Of a stretch of DNA of 64,000 nucleotides, positions 11,601 through 24,100 are shown in pieces. How positions within the stretch are numbered: the stretch's first letter is position 1; every line of letters starts with the position of its first letter. The notes beneath the pieces are model-generated. The model was not told where the DNA came from. It did no database searches and worked only from the letters and a program-made list of their open reading frames with translations. Position numbers and translations under genes: made by a program. The stretch is from the NCBI GenBank assembly GCA_000708835.1, contig DF237450.1:3332-67331 (forward strand). Reading direction: 5' to 3'. The stretch comes from Klebsormidium nitens. Lineage: Eukaryota; Plantae; Klebsormidiophyceae.

Positions 11601-13100
11601 CCCGATTCCAGGTGACGCTTTGCGTTTTTTTCGCGGCATCTTGTACAGTCAAGATTTTCCTGGGTTTCGTATTTACGGCCTGGGCTTCATTTGGCTGTCT
11701 TCTGGTGTCCGACGGAGCCTGCTGACTGCTGTGAAAGTTTTTCTGGCAGACACGGAAGCCCTCACAGAACGTCAGCATGAGCTGCTCAGTGACGTCAGAA
11801 TGAATCTTTGATTGGTTGGGAGATGCAAGCTCCGCAGCGCTTACAGCCCAAAGAAGTCTTACATCTTGCGGGCCGAGTATCCAACTCGTGTTATTCCCGT
11901 GACCCAAATGATCACGCCCTGGTTAGTGCGAACCCGCGTCTTCTCCGGGGCGGTCAAACATCCGGTTCGTATAATCTCCGTGAGATGCAACTACCCTCCA
12001 AGGATCACGCCTTGGTTAGCACCAAACCCACGTCAAGCCCGCGCAGGTTCGGACCACATCCGCCGCAACGCGGTTGAAAACGACCTGTGCTGAGCAATGA
12101 CTATCTACGTTTAGCGCTAACCCGCGTCTCAACCCGGGCAGGTTCTGGACCACATCCGCCGTAACGCAATCGACAACGTGGTCGTTGCAACCGGTGACTG
12201 GCACGGCACCGTTGTTTCCGATGTTCCGTTCTACCCGTTCCAAACCTGGGGCCGCTCTTACCTGGGCAACCCAAACCAGAACAGCACCTTCGGCAAACTG
12301 GGGGTTAACGCTAACTTCACCACCGGGTTGGGCAGCATGGCCACGGAGATCACGGTGACGTCAGTGACGTCAGCCTTCTTTGGCGAGACCGAGGCGGCCA
12401 GGGCGTCCGCCGTGAAGCTGGACGACACGCTCAAGTCGCTCATGCCGCACCTCAGGTGAGCGGAACGGAAACGGAACGTGAATGGAACGTTATTGAACTA
12501 TGCTCTTAAGACAAGAGGAGGCCGCCCCTTTCACAGATGTGTCTGGCCGTGTTTTGTGGCAATGTGGCAGCTATGAGATCGTGCTGAGACATCCAGGGTA
12601 CTCTCCGCGTTCGCCTCTTCCGGTGGTTTATCGTGTAGAGGGCTTTGCCTTGCCTTGAAAGTTAAAGCCTTCCTCGTCACTTGACCGCAGAAATCTTATC
12701 CGAGCTTGATCATTACCGGATATGCAAAGAAAGAGACATGCTCCTTGCGGGTCCGCATCTGTCGAGCCCTTCTTCACCTGCACATCTGACTCTGACCACA
12801 TCTCCCCGGCCGATCACGGAAATTTTCTCTTTCCCGAAACGTTTGAAATAGATCCGAGAGAGACCCAACTCTCCTGCAATATGAAAGTAGACCGCCATGA
12901 TTGACAACCCTGACCTCGTATGTCATCGGTGCAGGTACTCCAACCATTTCGGTCACGGCTACGCCATCACCGAGTTCACCAAGACGGACGCCACCCATAC
13001 CTTCTGCTTCGTCAGCACGATTCTGTCGCCCACGTACACCCTCGACTGCTCCAAGAAGCTCAAGCAGCTGTCCGGGACCAACCACCTTATTGACGCCTAG
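2635..13100 (+). CDS. phoD: Secreted alkaline phosphatase D (PhoD family), 13 exons, 611 aa
   Basis: Exons 2635-2849, 3710-3779, 4604-4718, 5295-5345, 5867-6008, 6284-6378, 7458-7527, 8203-8301, 9015-9098, 9788-10042, 11452-11611, 12142-12455, 12935-13100. All introns GT-AG and phase-compatible (1836 nt). Signal peptide MARSLAFCALLVVALFGTTLA. PhoD motifs: FQHGIASGDP, VILWTR, DWTVKVDVTGL, YVTCSQY, HLGDYMYEY, VWDDHDSTNN, GWDAYP, TGDWH, HGY. Confidence 0.94.
5614..5873. repeat. Duplicated acceptor region of PhoD exon 5 (echo at 5614-5673 of 5815-5872)
   Basis: ctggactcggttcgagatca...attccgcatgacgcctgcaggtctga versus ctggattcgcttcgagatca...attccgcattacgcctgcaggtctga. Confidence 0.85.
6365..6890. 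repeat. Tandem array of ~86-bp units starting at the end and donor of PhoD exon 6
   Basis: Unit starts (tgccgc-like) at 6365, 6451, 6537, 6623, 6710, 6795. Shared core 'cacgaggcttgc.cttccgcatcttct'. Unit 1 overlaps the exon end and donor. Confidence 0.9.
7400..7445. repeat. Degenerate (GTTCC)n low-complexity tract before PhoD exon 7
   Basis: agttccgtataccagttccgttccgctcacctgttccgttccgtttcg. The complementary (GGAAC)-type tract follows the exon 12 donor at ~12462-12490. Confidence 0.6.
10020..10700. repeat. Degenerate tandem copies of the PhoD exon 10 end plus donor
   Basis: gtggctgcaggcgcagctcag|gttgggccatcggacggtcg (real, 10022) recurs at ~10206, 10352, 10524 and weakly at ~10670. Confidence 0.85.
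11100..11505. repeat. Tandem copies of the PhoD exon 11 acceptor plus exon start
   Basis: gcag|cgact(c)caagggc..gcgccgtgtggcgcat at 11106, 11216, 11324 and the real copy at 11448. Spacers are rich in aaccc/ttaaccc. Confidence 0.92.
11920..12180. repeat. Tandem copies of the PhoD exon 12 acceptor plus exon start
   Basis: gcaggttcggaccacatccgccgcaacgc (12042) versus real gcaggttctggaccacatccgccgtaacgc (12138). An older copy lies at ~11920-11965. Confidence 0.85.
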
Positions 13101-14265
13101 AGCGCAATGATGGAATTGAGAGTCGATCTTTGATTTGAGAACAGTGATTGCCACTCGGGTGGCATCCATTTTGATAGTTTGCAGGGCTTCGTGATTCAAA
13201 GATGCTTATTTATAATGCCCGTCGGATTGACTTTTGCCAACCTCAAAAGGCCACACCACACCACAGTTTGTGACGAGAGTCAAACAGGCCTTGACGTCAT
13301 TTCCGCAAGATGTACGTCGACGAGTCGAAGGCAGCCAATTCTTGGGATTCAGTTCAATGGATCTAGATGCTCGTGTGCACGGTCAATTTTGCACATCATA
13401 AGTGCAAGGAGTTTCAAGAAACAAGAGTGTTCAAGTTGTACGCAATCGCGTGATGTGTACTAAATCGGTCACCAAGTGGCAATCGATCAAGAGTGCACGA
13501 TCAAATGACGATTGCAAGTGACAATCATAAGTCTATTATAAATGGCCAGACGTACATGAAGTTTTGTGATGGCGATTGCACAGTGCATGATCATGACTTG
13601 CACTGTTTCCAATCGACTGAAATGAATCGATTGACATCGTCTGAAATGTCCTGACCGAGAGTTTTGGCGACATTCAATGAGAACTTCGGTATATAGAGTA
13701 AGACGGCTGTCAACATGTGCATGGGCCCCGAATTGTTGGAAAGGCGATCACTTTTGTCATGGTAAAGAACTTTAGCAAATATTGCTGCGGGCATGTACAC
13801 CATCGATCAATCAAGTGCAGATTGATTGAAGTCAATCAGAGAATTCATCATTCGTGCCAGAGCAGGCCGCGCAGCCATGCATGTGCAGTGTTGCCCGTTG
13901 TATTCGTGAGCCATAGCTGTGAATATCATATTCTAATACTGCAACAGTACGGCCGCGGCATGGCCGCCACTACCGTACACTGAAATTGATTGCAAGATGG
14001 CCCCATGCACATGCAAGGACGCAGAACATATCAGGTATCGTATTAATGCTCCTATGTTAACTGTAACATAAGCATGGCTTGTGTGACTTGATATTGTAAC
14101 ATGCAGCTTTCTACTATCAATGATATGTGGAATCTGAGGACGGCAATCTACATGGTCGATTCCTGCCTTGAGCTGCCAAATCGAACTCAACATACTTCAA
14201 ATTGGGCGTACAATATAATGTCATCCTCAGAGCTGATGCGCGGGGCTCATCCGTTTGGCAGATGC

Positions 14266-15624
14266 CTAGAACAAAGAGTTCTCAGATTCTGCGCTTACAA
14301 ATTTTGGCTCAAGTACGACAAGTGCCAGGTCCGGCTTTCTTTGCCGCAGCTCCAAGAACGTGCTTACAAGATTGATTAGCTCTCCCTCTACACACCGCAT
14401 ATCTATCTCTAAAGATCCCAGCTTTGGACTGCCCCCAACAAGCTCAATACAGAAATGTAGTTGCTCCATGTTGTTCACTACCACTTTCAACTTTGTCAGG
14501 TTCCTAAAGCATACAGGCAAGGTCGCATTCCTTGATTGAGGAGACAGGGTCCTCAATCTGGTTAACAGGCCCATGCTTGCGTGTAAAGAATCCAACCGCA
14601 CAAGACATGCCCAAAAATCAGCTGCTCTTACGATGTTGTTGGTGCTGAAAGAAAATGCTAACAAGATGAGGCTTGCCAGCTTTGGCGACAACTCAAGCAC
14701 CTGAAGAAGATTCTCCTCATTCCAGGTTCCCCATAAACACAGCTCTGTCACCTTCCATGGTGTCCCAACTATAGATATGTTGGGGGGGTTCAGAAAGGTG
14801 AGCATACGCAGCTTGGGAGCGTTTATCCTTATTTCGTCGCTGGAAAGGAAATACAGTTCTTCCAGTTGTGGTATATTGATTTCCAGCTTCCTCAACTTTC
14901 CCGAGTGAAGGTAATCATCGAACACAAGAACCTTGAGCAGTCTTGAATCTATCCGGATGTTCGACCCTTCGTTGAAGGCGTTCAGAACTAGCTTCTCTAA
15001 AGCTGGGGCGACTTGATCTAGAGAATACTCCAACATGGATTGTGTGGACAGCAACTTCGACCCTTTGAAAATGAGCTCCTTGAGTTGGTGGAAAGGTGCG
15101 GAAGCGTGAAGGCGGCGCTCTATGAAGAGTCTGCAGGTGTTCAACTCTACAAACTTGAGGAGAGGACACTTGGATAACGCTTTGAAAATCTGTTGTGCGG
15201 GCTCATCTGACAGAATGCCCCGCACCTCAACAGTTAGATTCCCAAGTTCAAGGTAAAAGCACTCTAATCTAGGAGTCAGGTTCACTGCTGCCGTTATGAA
15301 GCCAGCGATGCTAGAGGTAGGCAGGCCGCTTTCAAGTGTGCCCATCACAAACAACTTTCTGATAGCCTCAGCTTCTTGAAGAAAGAAAAGGATTCTTGCA
15401 TCCATCGTCCTGTCGGTATCTAAGCGGCATACTATCCCATCAACTTGCAATGCCAAGCGGCAGAACCGGGAAGACACTGTCCTCAATCTTGCCAGCAGCC
15501 AAAAGTACACCGATACTTTTGAGGGGTAGCCCACATGTATTGCTGCAGCCAGGCCCAGTATACGTATCACCAAGTTGTCGGGCAACGCATCAAAGCCGCA
15601 GCAAGTCTGAACTCTGGTGGCCAT
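14266..15624 (-). CDS. Intronless F-box / RNI-LRR-like protein (~452 aa)
   Basis: First ATG at 15624. N-terminal F-box-like FDALPDNLVIRIL, followed by leucine-rich repeat-like segments (LTPRLECFYL, CPLLKFVEL, APALEKLVL, PQLEELYF, PKLRMLTF, PKLASLIL). Confidence 0.8.
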   Translation of the reverse strand: MATRVQTCCGFDALPDNLVIRILGLAAAIHVGYPSKVSVYFWLLARLRTVSSRFCRLALQVDGIVCRLDTDRTMDARILFFLQEAEAIRKLFVMGTLESGLPTSSIAGFITAAVNLTPRLECFYLELGNLTVEVRGILSDEPAQQIFKALSKCPLLKFVELNTCRLFIERRLHASAPFHQLKELIFKGSKLLSTQSMLEYSLDQVAPALEKLVLNAFNEGSNIRIDSRLLKVLVFDDYLHSGKLRKLEINIPQLEELYFLSSDEIRINAPKLRMLTFLNPPNISIVGTPWKVTELCLWGTWNEENLLQVLELSPKLASLILLAFSFSTNNIVRAADFWACLVRLDSLHASMGLLTRLRTLSPQSRNATLPVCFRNLTKLKVVVNNMEQLHFCIELVGGSPKLGSLEIDMRCVEGELINLVSTFLELRQRKPDLALVVLEPKFVSAESENSLF

Positions 15625-16193
15625 GGCCTCGATCTTCACTTGACCTCACATAGGCGAAACAAAGCGGGGCCTGATTAGGGGATCCACTGCATTCCCGACA
15701 AACCTTACGCAGAACTCCACTTTTACATCTGAAAGGGGCGGCTACAGGAGCTGATGAAAGAGGAGCCACGTTGAAGTTGAAGAAAGAAGAACACTGAACA
15801 GCGAGTCCATTGTGCAACATACCGGTATGACCCACCCATTCACGAGGTACCTACCGTTGAAGCCAACTGGGAAGCTTGGCGTGGCAAGTCTGGACTACAA
15901 AATGCCCGGTAATCCAACACTGAAGCGAACGGTACGATACCGTAGCCCCATGCCTTTGATAGTGCACGGGCTGTTAGAGAAGTCAACATACCGGTACTGG
16001 AAGCGAGCTCAAGCCTGGGTCGCGACCGCGGACACAACTTGAACAGTTTCTCAGATCTGAGCTTGAACTTGAAGTTGAAGTGAACGTCTCCTCGGAGTCC
16101 TGGCCTTGAAACATTCGGTGCAGTGTTGCACGGGCTTGTACCTTAAAGTTGGAGAGAAGTCCACATTGTATAAGGCGCAGAAAGTTGAGTGAC

Positions 16194-16736
16194 ATGGCGT
16201 CCAGTACGTTGGCTTCAAGGACGTGGTCGGCCGGATCTCTTATCAATGATGTGAACGTTGTGCCACCAAACTCTTGCGTTGAGAGTCCTCTTCTCAGAAG
16301 CAGACAGTACCTCAGAAGGCAGAGGTCTACAAAGCTCAGAGCGGCCAATGCTGCCAGACTGCAGATGTCAACAGAGCCTGTCGGGATAGTCGACGAAGCT
16401 CTGGCAGCCGTCAAGCCAAAGCTGGCAGATTTAGGCCCTGAGGGGGGATGTCCAACCTGTGGAGCGAAGGAGGTAAAGGGGGGGTGCGACGGGAATGGCA
16501 GAATGATTGGAGGTCTGGGGGGGGTGCCAGGATTCGGCTGGTGGCCTATTAAGGCTTACAGGCCATGCCCAGCGTTTGTTGAGTCAGGGGGTTCATACAC
16601 GAGGAAAGGGCAGAGTTTGAACGAGATTGCTTTTGGAAATGCGGACCCGCAAGACGATCTGAGCTTAGACGAGCGGTTACGAGGTAGGAAAAAGCAAGTG
16701 ATTAGCGAAGGTGAAGACCAGAAGGACCAGCAATAA
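16194..16736 (+). CDS. Intronless, probably plastid-targeted small protein with CPTC..CDGNG..RPCP motif (180 aa)
   Basis: S/R-rich, transit-peptide-like N-terminus from ATG 16194, then CPTCGAKEVKGGCDGNGRMIGGLGGVPGFGWWPIKAYRPCP, which resembles DnaJ-type Cys-rich segments. Exact family not identified. Confidence 0.75.
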   Translation: MASSTLASRTWSAGSLINDVNVVPPNSCVESPLLRSRQYLRRQRSTKLRAANAARLQMSTEPVGIVDEALAAVKPKLADLGPEGGCPTCGAKEVKGGCDGNGRMIGGLGGVPGFGWWPIKAYRPCPAFVESGGSYTRKGQSLNEIAFGNADPQDDLSLDERLRGRKKQVISEGEDQKDQQ

Positions 16737-18131
16737 GTATTCAGAATTTGAGGTAATGTGTTGAATTTATGTCTGGCTTTGCTTGCTTATCCCATATCAA
16801 GTGTAAGTTGCAAGCTGTGATCGCAGCTGTGGGAAGTAAGTGGCCGTTGCAAGTAGTCTGAACCTGTCCATGAAGTGGACTGCGATCAACTGTGCTGTTT
16901 GATGGATTAGATTGAGTTGGACAGCGGCTGTGGAGTTGCTTGCAGTCGTAGTAACCTGAGCTTTTAAACAGATAAGCTTAGTGGTAGGGAAGGATTGCTC
17001 ATTTCCCACTGCGTTGAACTCGGCTCAATTCAGGCCACTTCATCTGCGGGTCAAGATGCTGCCCAGTACTTGGGAGCCAGGTGCTCTCTGTGGCGTTCAG
17101 TAATATGACCACCCAACATAGTGTATGTGATCCAGCATGAATGTCCAAACCCCCTTTCGCAAGTGGCTCAAGTCAGGCTTACATGATGGGAGTTCCTTAG
17201 GACCAGAACTGCTTCCGCCTACCATGTGCATGCATCTTGAGATGAGACGTCAAGCTAGATCACAGTAATCATGCTTTCTTATCCTGCAACACTCTGGGTG
17301 TGAAGAATGAGGCGAAATGAAGGTGGCGAATATGATGTGACCGGGTATGCATATGTAGGTTGTAAGCTTGCAGCCTACGTGAATTGCACGGGCATGCCTT
17401 AGTAAAATACTTCCTCTTTTCCATGCATCGATGCATGCATCGTGTAATAACACATGATGGGCATATGATTGGAAGAGCGCTTCATGAAGGTGACGGTAAC
17501 CAAATCCGCTCAAATACGAACGAACAGTTTGAAAGGCTGGAAGAGGATTATTGCAGAGTCTCGCATCACATACCGTACGGTACTAGCCTTATCTCATCTC
17601 CATTCAATCTGGGACAAAGGGGGTGTCGGGTGCGCATGTTGCACGTACACCATGTACAGCACTAAGCTCAAGTTGAAGATCGATGCCGCGGGCCTGTGAA
17701 CCCTCACTTCAATCAACTTCTGGTTCAATGTAGGCCGCCGGCGCTTTCAGCCCAAATCAATGGATTGAACATGACTAAGTTGCACGAGCTTTTCGCTTAT
17801 ATACTCCTTCTGTAGAAAACATGACTTTCTCGTACCACATACGAAGTAAAACCTTACTGAAGGCTTGTTGCGCTCCGGCAGGTTGCCAGGTCAGTACGCC
17901 AGCGCATGGCGTCAAGCAACGGAACCACGTTCTTGAGCCGTCAATGAGATGCATCGACATGAACCAATCGCAACCAAGCACGGTCAGAAGTCCAGCCCGC
18001 CCACAGATGAAGTTTGCCATGATCTTTTTCTGACTCGACTGATCAGATCTATCATGCGTGCAGATATCCGAAACTTTAAACTGCTAGTCTGACTTGGAGC
18101 GTCAACGGTTCCTGTTTATCTGCCTCCCACT

Positions 18132-21100
18132 TCAAATCGCTGGTTGCATAGTTGCCAGCTTTCGCAGTTCGCTTATCATGTCCTTCACCGAGGGGCTCGT
18201 CTTAGCCTGCATTAGTTTGTCTATTTTCTTCTCGCTCACAGAGGCTGAGCGGACTCTGACGGAGCCTGCTTCCGGAAGCGAGGGGGCTGGCTTCCTACTT
18301 TGACGTTGTACGATCGGTGCGGTTGCGCTACTGATTTTCCTGCTTTTTTCGTCGCTTTGACGGCTAACGCTTCTTAGCCGCTGAGTGCCTGACCCGTCTT
18401 TCCGTTCTAGACCTACGTGACTGTCCGTTACCAAACTCCCGACTGGTCCTGCGTCACGATTCCCGCTTTGACTTAACCAATCGCTAACCTTCTCCTCCGC
18501 TGCGGACTCTGAACCTTCCGCTGAAGGGAGCCCTCCAGAGCTCTCAACCCGGCTTCTTCCAACCATACGCTCTGGTTGCAGTGTAACCGAAGACTTTCTA
18601 GCCGTTTCAACTTCATCAACAGCCCAGCTTGTCGCACTGTTCCTTGTCCTGACCCGCGGACTTTCCATACCCTGAACAGCCGCAATCCCATCTGTAAGTT
18701 TCCGAGAATGCGAGTACTCTCGCCTACTCTCCACCTTTTCCGCCATACCTTTACTCAGTGACCGATCCCTCCCCTCGTTCTCTTCCCCCAATCTCCTACT
18801 CTTGATTAAATCATTCCGTCCGTTGACCCTACTTTCCGCTGGCCGACTGCCTCCCTCCCTGTCTCCGGGCTTACCACCCAGTGCGTTCCCGTCATCGAGC
18901 GTCTTTACACCAGCGGCGCTCTCCTGCGCAGGGCCGGTGTCAATAAGCTCCGCCAGCTGCTCCTCCGCAGCCGAGCGCACCGCTTGCAGCTCGCTGCGTG
19001 CGCGCGCCCACGACGCGCGGTCAGTGCGCTCCGCAACCTCCCGCTCAATGGCGCTCTGCACGGGATCAGGTCGGAGATGAATATCGGATTCAGGTTATTG
19101 AACTGACCACCCGAGGACGGGTGGGATTAGCCTGGGGGCTTAGAGCGAGTCCGAGTGCGGAGCAGGTGAAGAGTTGGGCCAACTCTGCATTGTTGGTTGG
19201 GAGCTCGTTGTTCCTGACGCTTAGGAGTCCTAACATCGACCGTCACCGGTCGAAGTGCGCTGGTTACTTGGGTACTTGGCTGCCAGATAGCGATCTGCAC
19301 GGCAACCATTCGGAGTGCGGCGATGGAATCCGGATGCGAGGGCAGATGCGCGAGTGGCAGCCTTCTTTTCTTTACTTTGTAAGACGTGATCGGGTTTGCA
19401 GTTTCACGGCGAACCAAAAACGATGATGTGCGAGGAAAGTCGTGTGCAGCCTTGGAGGCAGAAATGTTCGTCAGAGTTGGTCCCCTGCCGAGATAGGTAT
19501 CTCTTTTCAGATTTCAAAGGAACTTTGGACAGCGTCGGTGCGTGCAGGTGCAACGCCTAACTGCTATAGACCTATACGGTAGTTTAGGTAGGGTAGTCCT
19601 AGGTAGGATATGGCCATGAACCGGCAAACGGGTGGGGTTAGTCTGGGGGTTAGGGTGGGTACGGGTGCGGAGCGAGTGTATTTGTCGGTTCAGGTTTTTA
19701 GATTTGTTTTCCCCCGGGGACTTTTACTATCCTACCTAAACTATAGGAATACTTAACTGCTGCTGCATGCGGCAAGAGCGCGATGAAGTAAGACCCTTGA
19801 AAACCGTCGATCCGATACCTGAAAGTTGAAACCATCGAAACCCGCAAGCAACCGTAGTCTCGACCCGTCAACCCATCTGCAGCTCGCGTCGGAGTGTCCT
19901 TTCGTGCTCGAGCAAAAACCTTCAAGATCAAACTACAAAATCCTTAGTTTAACCCTCGCCGTACTAACAACCCATCGACCCACCTGCAGCTCCCGCCGGA
20001 GCGTCAGCGCGTGCTCGCGTGACGCCAGCAACTGCCGCTGCATGTCCTGCGACTTTCCCGTCAGCTCCTCGCACAGATCGCTCTGCCGCCGCAACCATTG
20101 CTGCGACAGCGCCGCCTCGCGTTTCGCCGCCGCCGCTTCGCTTTGCACTGCGGACAGCGCTTTCTGTGACTCGCGCTCAGACGGGCCGTCGTGAGAAATG
20201 CTGCAAATGCAAAAAACAGGTGGTGTCAGAGGGCCATCTTGATTACTTTGTAGATGAGAGATGCTTGGATCTGGTTGTCCTGGGTTTCGGTTTCCAGGCA
20301 AGGGGAGTTCCGGGGTCTTGAGTACGCTATTCCCAGCATTTCGCAGCTGTATACCTTGCGGTTTGGTATGGAAATAGAAGCCGATCCCCAAGCGTTGTCA
20401 ATCGTCTTCACTCCAAAGGCCAGACATGCCTTCTCTGACATGAAGCACTGCGTGTTACATGCTGAGCTTTGCTCTGCACTCGCATGATAGAGACACACGC
20501 CAAAACTCAAACCGCAGCAAACCGCAGCGCTCACTGTTTCCGTGCGGTCGCCGCCTTTTGCTCCAACCGCCTTGCCACGTCAGCACGCTCGTCGACATCG
20601 CGCTTCGCAGCAAGCGTGGCTTTCTCAGCATCTCGAAGACTCTCCACGAGGGCTTCGTAATCCTCCTGGAGCAATTGAACGGTTTGACGACGTCAGGAGA
20701 GAATCTTGATGACATCAGATCAGAAAGTATCTAAGCCACGCACTGGGCTTGAGAGCTTACGATGCCTTTGGCAGTTGCCTCGGGTAGCGACAGCAAGTGA
20801 ACACTGCTTCGCAATGGGCGTCAGAAGAAACCGCAAAGTCTCCCCAGGGTTGCTGTCTTTGAGACTGCTCCTAAAATAGCCAATTACAACGCTAGCCGGC
20901 ACTCTGAGCTGTTAATGTCGCGCCCTTGGGTTTCAAGTATGCGAAATAAAACAATCCCAACAAGTACGTTAGTCCCCATACACCAGAATTTCCAGAAGAA
21001 GCCTCGAAAGGCTTTTCATGCGATTGTCATGAAGCGTTTCCAGTCATTTGCGACCCAAACCCCGAAACATGAAAAGCGTCCGGCCCCACCCCGGGAAATT

Positions 21101-24100
21101 TATAAACATGAACCGGGGGCCCTTATCTCCCCTCCGTTCACTAAAGCTTGAACTTGCATTTCGTGATTCCATGAACCCAAAAACACCCTTCCCACTTATT
21201 TTCAAACTCCTCTCACCTGCAGCCGCTTGTGGTGCGCCTCCTGCGCCGCGGCCGATTCGCGCAGCCGCGCCAGCTGCTGCCGCTCTTTCGCCAACTCCAG
21301 GGTCAAGCGGTCCGTTGCCAGGATCTTGCCGTGCACCGCCTCGCGGGCGTCCGACAGCTGCGTCCGCAAGTGGCTTGCCACCTGTCCGAAAATGAAGGGC
21401 GTTACGATGCTGACTTTTCACAAGGGCCAAACCATTTGTTTGTGCCCGCCGACTTTGTGCGAGTATTCTGTCCTGCACCGCCTTGCGGGCGTCCAACAGC
21501 TGCGTCCGCACTGGCTCGCCACCTGTCCAAAGAACGAAGGGCGTTACGATCCTGACTTTCCAAAGGGGCCAAACTGTCTGTTTTCGCTGCCGGTTTTGTG
21601 CGAGGATTCTTCCCCGCACCGCCTCGCGGGTGTCCGCAACTGGTTCGCCACCTGTCCGAAAACGAACGGCATCGTCACCGGTGCACAAAAGCTGACTTGC
21701 TTGCCTAATTTATGAGAGGCGGACGTACGACAGCTTGCGTCGGCAGCTTGGTGGCCACCTGTTGGAACCAGCAGCAATGACGGAACAGCTCCGGCGGACT
21801 TTCCTTGATAAGGATCATGAGTCACAAGTTTTAAACTTTCTTCCTCGGTAAGACCTTGTGGGTTTCATTACGATCCCCCCTCTCTGTCCTCGCATCCTTT
21901 CATGGCAGTTCCCTTACGCGCATTTGCCGGTCTCCCATTTGTCTGGCAGTACTGTCCCCCGTCGTTACGCCGTTCTCGATCCTCCCATTGCCCCTCCAAT
22001 CGACCACCCCTCAATGCCCTGACGTCACGCACCTTGATCTGTGACGTCAGCTCCCGGCCCACCTCCGCCCGCTCCCGCACAACGCCCTCCGCCTCGGCCC
22101 TCATCCGCTTCAGCTCGTCCACGATCCGCCGGTGCTCTTCCAGCGGAACGGAACGGCTCAGGTCCGCTTGGAGCTGCCGCTCTCTTTCCTCCATATAAGC
22201 GATCAGCTCGCCATACTTGCGCGCCTCCGTTTCCCATAAGCGAGCGGCGGCGTGTTCTTTGGCGGTACTTGCGCCAGCAGCGTGCAAGGCCTGCGGGGAG
22301 AAGACTCAAGTGCGTTTCAGCTTTTCTTGCACATCAAAAATTGACGTTGAAGTGGTTTCGTGATCCAACATAAAACGGCAGCCAACAAAGCAAAACCGTT
22401 GCGTGAAAGGAGAGAGTGTTGATAATTCCTCCACCTTTCGTTTCAACGAAACGGCTGACTTCCGGGTTGTTCGTCGGCGAGTCTATCAAAAAGTGGAATC
22501 TTACCACTTACGCTTTCAATAATGCTGGGACACAGCTTGAAGGAGCTCAACTTCACGAGAGGAAGTAGTAGCTCAAGTGAAGAATCGCTGCAGGCCGTCA
22601 AAACACTCCCATGCGCTACAGTCGATACAAAAGCACGACGCTAGAACCTTAGCAAACGAGCCAGCAAAAGCCAGTGATAGGGTCGCTACTGCTCATAAGC
22701 GATGCGCTACTAAAATCAAGTAACAGTCCAAGCGAAGCCACACCTTGAACACCAGACTTTGCATTTTTTGGCTTCGGTGAGAGTGCCGTCCCCTACTTTG
22801 CGCCAAAAAAAGAGCCCAAGTTATATTGCTCAGATATTGCATTTCTTCGAGGAGCCGCCCGTTCACCTTTATCAAGTTGCTGTGCTCCGTCCGTTCGCTG
22901 TCCACGTGGCGTGTGATCCGCTCCACCAGCGTCCGGAAGCTGTCCGCTGAAGCTTTGGACCGTCCTGGGAGTGACCGAGGGACCGGAGGAGGGGAAGTCT
23001 GCCGCGAGCTGGGAGGGAAAGGGAGAGTAATTGAGTAGTTGCAATGCGCGTCCTGTTATGCGCGGGTCTACGGAGCAAGTAATGGCCAGGAAACGCAGGA
23101 GTCGCACAGAGAAGAAGACACCTTCTTCCGAGCCATTGTTGCCAATTTCCCTTGACTTCTTGTAGATGAACAATATGTGGCAATCGACGGTATTGTTCAT
23201 GGCGTCTTCTGCGGTGAGGCTTCAGCGACCGAAACGGTGCGAAGCTCCCGCTAAAGGAACATTTTGCGTCAGCACCCCCTTTCATAAGCAAGAAATCAAG
23301 CTCGGCTGAAGAAGAGCCTTCGGAAAGGGAGCAAGCAATTTGTAGTTGCATCAGGGGCCTCGCAGCCTTCTCCAGTTTCGACTTGAAACAAAATTTGACT
23401 TCGAGTTCGGGAGTCCTGGAGTCCCAGCAAAGACGGAAACAGTGCCTGAAAAGGGAAAAAGAAAGAAACTAGAGTGAGGCCAAAATGGATTCGACGGACC
23501 TCTTCTGCGCCGTGTCCAGCAGTTTCACCACCGCCTCCGCCTCCTCCCTCGCACTGCACCCCGCCCCTGCCCCCGCGACGGCCATCATCATCTCGCGGTC
23601 CAACCGCACGCTGCCACGTGGCAGCAGCGGGACGCTTTCCCGGCAGACCTTGGTTACCGTCTGGTTGACGCTGAATCGCCCCAGCGAGAGCAGCCGCAAA
23701 TGCGCGACGACCGCCCAAACCCCCGCCCGTAATCGCGCTTTTGGCGCCAAACCCTCCGCAAACCCGGTGTGGTTAAGTCCGTCTTTGTGGGCATTCACAC
23801 CAGTCACCCCGTCCACATCAAAGTCCCCATTCACACCCCTAAACCCGTTTCGGCCATGACTCTTACCTCCACCGTAAACCCCTTTCTCGTCCCAATGGCT
23901 CTCAATTTGCACGCTCCCAAAACGCCCGTTTTCCCGCCTCTCCTCGTTCGCTTTTCCAAGCAGAGTTTCTTGTAATGTCGCGAAGGCGGTCTGCATCTGC
24001 TGTACTTGCAGTACGGAAGCCCGGAGCTGTGCGGACACGACGGCCTTGGCCCACCGGACGTCCGCCAGTTTTTGTCGGACAGGCGCAGCGTACCGGACGA

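Noticed and set aside
13955-13985. Similarity between GC-rich mini-palindromes at ~13957 and ~60893
   Set aside because: The match is only short words (ccgcggc, ggcc, tacac), which is compatible with chance.
15983-16414. 143-aa minus ORF and many similar short ORFs overlapping exons
   Set aside because: These are antisense or alternate-frame shadows of GC-rich coding exons, with no motifs or splice logic.
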